This document shows positions 7,475 through 12,007 of a stretch of DNA of 12,007 bases, in pieces (the first letter of the stretch is position 1; every line of letters begins with the position of its first letter). This DNA is from Candidatus Hydrogenedentota bacterium (GTDB lineage Bacteria; Hydrogenedentota; Hydrogenedentia; Hydrogenedentales; GCA-2746185): NCBI GenBank assembly GCA_046583315.1, contig JAYGCN010000242.1:1-12007 (forward strand), written 5' to 3'. Made by a program: the position numbers and the translations under genes. The notes beneath the pieces were generated by a model. That model was not told the origin of the DNA, searched no databases, and worked only from the letters and a program-made list of their open reading frames with translations.

Positions 7475-8422
7475 TTATCGGAAGAGTATGCTGACCGATT
7501 TTTCTTCGTGAATACGTTTTATGGCTTCGCCGATGAGCGGGGCGAAGGAGATTACTTTGATTTTGCTACATTTTTTGCCATCTTCGCGAAGGGGAATGGA
7601 GTCGCTGACCATGACTTCTTCGAGCACGGAGTCCTGAATGCGGCTGATGGCTTCTCCACTGAACACGCCGTGGGTCGCGCAGGCGCGTACGGCGGTGGCC
7701 CCGGCGTTTTTGATGGCTTCGGCGGCTTTTACGAGTGTTCCTGCGGTATCAATCATGTCGTCGAAGAGAATGGCTTCCATGCCGTCGACGTCTCCGATGA
7801 TGTTCATGACTTCGGATTCGTTTTCTTTGGGGCGGCGTTTATCGACGATGGCCAATGGGGCATCGAGGCGGTTTGCTACGGCCCGGGCGCGTCGAACGCT
7901 GCCGGTATCGGGGGACACGACCACGAGATTATCGGGTTTGTTTTCTTTTAGGTGACGTACGAACTCGACATCGCCGCTGAGATGGTCTACGGGAATATCG
8001 AAGAAGCCTTGAATCTGTTCCACGTGGAGGTCGAGTGCCAATACGCGGTCGGCGCCGGCGGTGGTGACCATGTTGGACACGAGTTTGGCTGTGATGGGTG
8101 CGCGTGGGCGATCTTTGCGATCTTGGCGTGCGTATCCGAAGTAGGGCATTACTGCGGTGACGCGTGCGGCGGAAGCGCGTTTGGCGGCGTCGATCAGGAT
8201 GAGCAATTCCATGAGATTTCGGTTGATGGGGGGCGAGGTGCTGTTGATGATGAACACGTCTTTGCCGCGGATGTTCTCGTGGATATGAATTTTGACTTCG
8301 CCGTCGCTGAATTGACCGACTGTGGCCTGTCCCATCACTTCGTAGAGGTGTGCACAGGCGCGCTGGGTGAGATCGATTGATGCGGATCCGGAGAAGATTT
8401 TCATTTCGTCGCTGTATGGCAC
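7475..8422 (-). CDS. prs: Ribose-phosphate pyrophosphokinase
   Basis: FSDGE, ENIRGKDVFI, MPYFGYARQDRK, DLHVEQIQGFFD, VVSPDTG, DDMIDTAGTL, ATHGVFS; GTG start. Confidence 0.98.
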   Translation of the reverse strand: MPYSDEMKIFSGSASIDLTQRACAHLYEVMGQATVGQFSDGEVKIHIHENIRGKDVFIINSTSPPINRNLMELLILIDAAKRASAARVTAVMPYFGYARQDRKDRPRAPITAKLVSNMVTTAGADRVLALDLHVEQIQGFFDIPVDHLSGDVEFVRHLKENKPDNLVVVSPDTGSVRRARAVANRLDAPLAIVDKRRPKENESEVMNIIGDVDGMEAILFDDMIDTAGTLVKAAEAIKNAGATAVRACATHGVFSGEAISRIQDSVLEEVMVSDSIPLREDGKKCSKIKVISFAPLIGEAIKRIHEEKSVSILFR

Positions 8423-8512
8423 GTGTCTACCCTAGGTCTGTCGCGTTTCATTTTAAATCGGTATCGGCTTTATGCAGACACCCGTACCCTGAATCAGGGA
8501 GAGAAAATATAA

Positions 8513-8588
8513 TGGCTAGGGCGGTAGGACTCGAACCTACGACCTTCTGCACCAAAAACAGATGCTCTACCAATTGAGCTACGCCCTA
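8513..8588 (-). tRNA. tRNA-Gln, anticodon UUG, CCA encoded
   Basis: Reverse complement folds as TAGGGCG-TA-GCTC-AATTGGTA-GAGC-A-TCTGT-TT(TTG)GT-GCAGA-AGGTC-GTAGG-TTCGAGT-CCTAC-CGCCCTA-G-CCA (76 nt); U1-A72 pair and G73 discriminator fit tRNA-Gln; usual position upstream of prs. Confidence 0.96.
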
Positions 8589-8692
8589 GCGATAAATTCA
8601 GCCGGAATCCTGTAAGTTCGAATCAGAATCGCGGAAAAATAGCCAAATCGCCAGTGGTTGAGGTGAGGAATAAGCCCCAAAACAACCGCGAG

Positions 8693-8722
8693 ATTATATC
8701 AACCGAATTCCCACTAAGTCAA
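8693..8722 (-). promoter_or_regulatory. Strong sigma70-type promoter for tRNA-Gln-prs-rplY-pth-ilvN-ilvC
   Basis: TTGACT (8722-8717), 18-nt spacer ending TGA, TATAAT (8698-8693) with extended -10 TG, followed by the GC-rich discriminator CTCGCGG. Confidence 0.85.
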
Positions 8723-8787
8723 ACTTTTGTCAGGGTTTCCGCATGGCGTGGCGACAGGGCGGTATGGAGGGGAACGATTAAAAGTGG

Positions 8788-11046
8788 CTAGGAATATTCT
8801 GCGCGGATGCGTTCCAGTGTGGCGAGGGCGAATCGCTTGAGATTTTCGGCGGATTCGAGATTGGCTGCGGCGTTGCCCCGTTTGAGTTCCAGGCGCATTT
8901 GGGTCGTTTCGGCGGCCATGGGGAGTAATTCGCTGCCGATCGATCTGGCGATGTTGTTCTTGCCCATTTGCATGAGTCGGCATAGCGCGCCGTCGCACCC
9001 GCACATGGCTGAGCGGATGTGGAACAGGGTTGTGTTGAGTTGTCCGTAGGCGGGCTCTCCTTGAAGCAAGTCGACGAGATCGCCGCGGGCCTGGTGAACG
9101 ATGCCGATGGTTTCGGGGTGGGAGCCATCGCCTATGCCTTCGAGTGTGGTCTCGATGGGTGAAAATGGAAGCTGATAGGTGTGTGCCAGATCGAGCGAGT
9201 ATTTTAGCTTGGCGCGGTCAATTTGAATGATGCGTTGCGCCATCACGTCGTGCCATTCTGCACATCGGTCGGGTGCGGCTACGAGCATCACTGTTTCTTT
9301 ACCGGGAAACATCTCGTCGTGGCGTGTACGCTGCATGGGCTCCCATTTTTGTGAGGCGATGAATTCGGATACATCGTACATTTCCATGCCGGGTGCGGCG
9401 TCGTGGGGTATATCGATGTTGACGCTGGCCATGTCGCGAACATTATTGTTGATGGTGAAATAGAGGCTGTAGTCGTCGCCGCGAAGGTGAAAGTGGCTGA
9501 TGGGCGACACGCCGGGCGCGGGAGTGCTTTCGGTGTCGGTGGAAACACCGTCAACGAACCAATCGTCCATGGATTCTTCGATGGTGGCATTGAGCAGTAG
9601 TGGTGCCAGGGTATGGGCGTATCGCATTCGGTGGCCGAGTTCTTCCCAGAGATCGCTGAAGCCCAGGAATGGCCCGGTGAGTGTTCGTTGTACGCGACCC
9701 TGCACCCAAAGTGGGTCGTTGTGGTAGGAGTAGGAGAACCAGCCGCGGGCTCCGTTGGCAAAGGAAAGATTGAGCATCAGCCGCATTTCCGGGCTGGTGC
9801 TCCACTCAGGTGTTTGTGTCGGATACATGAACGCTGGTGCGGCGACCCAGAACTGTTGTGCGTTGCCTAGAGGGACGTGGTTGTGAACCATGCGCCCAGC
9901 GTCCCAGGGGCGTTTGGTCTGGAAGTGGCCGACGCCGGAGGCTTGAAAGTAGGGCGCGAATAGCCCGTAGGCGTTTGGGTAGCGGGTGATAAGGCTGACG
10001 GGATGATTGGGATCGGCAGCTTCGATCATGGCCTTGGCATCGAGAATGCGCTGGAAATCTGCATCGGATGGTTCGCCGCTAAAGCCCCGACAGAAAATCG
10101 CATCGGAATCGGCGTAGGGTTTGATGCTTTTCTGAATGGCTTCTTTCATTTCTTTCTTGGTGCCGCGAATGGGAAATTCGTGACGGGTGAGCAATTTGAT
10201 GCCGTTTTCGTCGCATTTGCGTAACAAGCTGGCCCATTCGTCACCACTTAATTCGTCGACGTGCGACAGTGCGATCGAATTGTGATCGTGGGTGACGAGG
10301 TCTTCCATGACGAAGTCCCAGTATTCGTCTGTCGAAATGCTGAGGGAAGCGGCGAGCCGTTTGGCGGTTTCGGCATCCATGTAGACTCCCAGGGGCAGGA
10401 AGTCATCCAGGACGGGAAAGGTATCAGCCTGAACCGATTCCTTGAGTAGAATTCGATTTTTATCAACGGTCTCTTGCTCGATATCGGTCATCGCACGAAA
10501 TCGGAGGGATTGAATTTCGAAGGATTCGGTTGATCGGCTTGAAGAGTACAGGCGGAAAATGAGATTGTCTATGCGCCCCGGAAATCCGGAATGTTGAAGG
10601 TTCTTTGCGACTGTTTTCCATTCGGTCGTCTTTGGCAGTGCCCCGAAGTGGGAGCCGCCGTCGTAGGTCCACATCCAGACGGGGTGGGCATGTTCGCTGG
10701 TGCAACGGTAGGTGACTTCGATTATGGGGTACCGGGTCGTGTCAACGGGAAATTGCCCGCCGGTCAAATCGACGCTGGTGAGTGGAACCCAGTGGCGCGG
10801 GTCGTCGGAGGATAAACTGTCGATGCTGGCGACACGCTCAAATTGCCCTTCGAGTCGAATGCCGGTTTCCGTCTGAAGTTTTCGCGCCGGGATGTTACGC
10901 CATTCAACGGTATACTCCAGATCTTCGAGAGACCAGGTGGCTAAGTCTTCGGCGGTGTATACAATGGAATCGGCATTATCGCGCGCTGCGGGATCGGGTG
11001 CAGGCAGTATGGTCTCAAGGTAACCCAAGTATTCGTAGTCGGACAT
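8788..11046 (-). CDS. 752-aa hypothetical protein: carbohydrate-binding-like beta domain, glycoside-hydrolase-like TIM barrel, beta-sandwich, helical C-terminus
   Basis: Long ORF; ATG 11046 (MSDYEY) has AAGGA upstream and a promoter at 11085-11113. Motifs FLPLGVY, FSGEP, IEAADPNHPV and EMRLMLNLSFANGARGWFSYSY resemble clan GH-A-like barrels. No signal peptide seen. The CDS is secure; the function is inference. Confidence 0.8.
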   Translation of the reverse strand: MSDYEYLGYLETILPAPDPAARDNADSIVYTAEDLATWSLEDLEYTVEWRNIPARKLQTETGIRLEGQFERVASIDSLSSDDPRHWVPLTSVDLTGGQFPVDTTRYPIIEVTYRCTSEHAHPVWMWTYDGGSHFGALPKTTEWKTVAKNLQHSGFPGRIDNLIFRLYSSSRSTESFEIQSLRFRAMTDIEQETVDKNRILLKESVQADTFPVLDDFLPLGVYMDAETAKRLAASLSISTDEYWDFVMEDLVTHDHNSIALSHVDELSGDEWASLLRKCDENGIKLLTRHEFPIRGTKKEMKEAIQKSIKPYADSDAIFCRGFSGEPSDADFQRILDAKAMIEAADPNHPVSLITRYPNAYGLFAPYFQASGVGHFQTKRPWDAGRMVHNHVPLGNAQQFWVAAPAFMYPTQTPEWSTSPEMRLMLNLSFANGARGWFSYSYHNDPLWVQGRVQRTLTGPFLGFSDLWEELGHRMRYAHTLAPLLLNATIEESMDDWFVDGVSTDTESTPAPGVSPISHFHLRGDDYSLYFTINNNVRDMASVNIDIPHDAAPGMEMYDVSEFIASQKWEPMQRTRHDEMFPGKETVMLVAAPDRCAEWHDVMAQRIIQIDRAKLKYSLDLAHTYQLPFSPIETTLEGIGDGSHPETIGIVHQARGDLVDLLQGEPAYGQLNTTLFHIRSAMCGCDGALCRLMQMGKNNIARSIGSELLPMAAETTQMRLELKRGNAAANLESAENLKRFALATLERIRAEYS

Positions 11047-11084
11047 CCGGTGTCTTTCCTTCGGTGGCGAACGGCTTGGGTACC

Positions 11085-11113
11085 ACTTTACCGGAATCGT
11101 GGGGAGAACGCAA
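11085..11113 (-). promoter_or_regulatory. Putative sigma70 promoter of the 752-aa gene
   Basis: TTGCGT (11113-11108), 17 nt, TAAAGT (11090-11085); ends 38 nt upstream of ATG 11046. Confidence 0.55.
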
Positions 11114-11124
11114 AGCCGAATCGC

Positions 11125-11153
11125 TTGAACGAATGTTGTGAGCATGCCACACT
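11125..11153 (+). promoter_or_regulatory. Putative sigma70 promoter of the M42 peptidase gene
   Basis: TTGAAC (11125-11130), 17 nt, CACACT (11148-11153) with TG at the extended -10 position; back-to-back with the minus-strand promoter. Confidence 0.4.
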
Positions 11154-11195
11154 ATGAGATACTCATTTGATCCGAATCGCAACAAGGAATTGACT

Positions 11196-12007
11196 ATGCG
11201 TAAAGAGTCGTTAACGTTTTTGAAGAAGTTGCTGTCTACCCCGAGTCCGTCCGGGTTCGAATCGAAGATCCAAAAAGTCTGCAAGAGTTATGTGACACCC
11301 TATGTGGATGAAATTTACAAGGATGTGCATGGCAACCAGTATGCGGTGCGCAATCCGAAGGGCGAATTGCGGGTGATGTTGGCCGGGCACGTGGATGAAA
11401 TTGCGTTGATGGTCAATCATATTGACGGCAATGGTTTTCTCGGGTTTCTACCCATTGGCGGCGTTGATCCTTCGGTGTTGGATGGGCAGCGCGTTGTCGT
11501 GCATACGGGCAAAGGAGACGTGATAGGGGTTATCGGTCGGCGTGCGATTCATTTGACGGATGTGGCGGATCGGGGTAAACCGATGAAGATGCACAATCTT
11601 TGGATTGACATCGGAGCAAAGAACAAGAAAGATGCTGAGAAATCCGTAGCGATTGGTGATCCGGCAACCATCAACGTTGGCTACATTGAATTGAAGAATG
11701 GACGTGTGGTTGCCCGGGCGATGGATGATCGTATTGGCGCTTTCGTCATTCTCGAAGCGATGCGTTTGATTGCGAATAAGAAGATTAACTGCGCGGTGTA
11801 TTGCGTGACGACCGTGCAGGAAGAAATCGGGTTGCGTGGCGCGACGACGAGTGCCTACGGTTGCGACCCGCATGTCGGGATTGCGGTGGATGTGTCTCAT
11901 GCCACGGATCATCCGGATGTGGATTCTAAGCGTCACGGGTATTTCGAACTGGACGGGGGACCGATTCTGCACCGCGGACCGAACATGAATCCGATACTCG
12001 CCAAGCA
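11196..12007 (+). CDS. M42 family metallo-aminopeptidase (TET/FrvX-like), 3'-truncated by the window edge
   Basis: Manual translation from ATG 11196 (AAGGA SD): MRKESLTFLKKLLSTPSPSGFE...MLAGHVDEI...IGGVD...LWIDIGA...RAMDDRIG...TVQEEIGLRGA...IAVDVSHA, open to the window end. Not listed in the ORF track. Confidence 0.95.
   Translation, partial: MRKESLTFLKKLLSTPSPSGFESKIQKVCKSYVTPYVDEIYKDVHGNQYAVRNPKGELRVMLAGHVDEIALMVNHIDGNGFLGFLPIGGVDPSVLDGQRVVVHTGKGDVIGVIGRRAIHLTDVADRGKPMKMHNLWIDIGAKNKKDAEKSVAIGDPATINVGYIELKNGRVVARAMDDRIGAFVILEAMRLIANKKINCAVYCVTTVQEEIGLRGATTSAYGCDPHVGIAVDVSHATDHPDVDSKRHGYFELDGGPILHRGPNMNPILAK

Noticed and set aside
8423..8530. tRNA-Gln as an integration site, and the CCCTGA-A-TCAGGG palindrome after it as a terminator
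   Set aside because: The tRNA 3' end is not duplicated in the window, prs follows directly, and the small palindrome has no U-tract.
1602..10815. Many + strand and alternate-frame ORFs (e.g. 2712..3317, 4082..4561, 6131..6754, 6870..7433)
   Set aside because: They are antisense or off-frame shadows of well-supported minus-strand genes.
11047..11145. 33-aa N-terminal extension of the 785-aa ORF in the track
   Set aside because: It overlaps both putative promoters and lacks a clear SD, whereas ATG 11046 has an SD and an upstream promoter.
11211..11972. Minus-strand ORFs 11211..11420 and 11448..11972
   Set aside because: They are antisense to the clearly recognisable M42 peptidase gene.
1..12007. 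CRISPR array, IS element, prophage or known defence genes
   Set aside because: No regularly spaced repeats, and no transposase, integrase, nuclease or phage motifs were recognised.

Overview
Bacterial window with three parts. (1) 1-~1650 is a lower-GC accessory segment (hand-counted 60-mers 35-48% GC, versus about 50-60% in sampled core genes). It holds one long + strand reading frame (2..1297) broken by two in-frame stops (TGA 218-220, TAG 1097-1099); the frame encodes Ig-like segments and a tandemly duplicated domain. (2) 1656-8722 is a minus-strand housekeeping cluster: strong sigma70-type promoter, tRNA-Gln(UUG), prs, rplY, pth, ilvN, ilvC, an intrinsic terminator, a C4 zinc-ribbon coiled-coil gene, accD and folC. 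ilvB is absent. (3) A minus-strand 752-aa protein with CBM-like and degenerate glycoside-hydrolase-like barrel features is divergent from an M42 metallopeptidase gene that runs off the right edge and is missing from the ORF track. No CRISPR array, integrase, transposase or clear new system is visible. The best leads are the twice-interrupted left ORF, ilvNC attached to the prs-rplY-pth operon, and the possibly catalytically altered GH-like protein. All calls come from motif recognition by eye; no searches were run.
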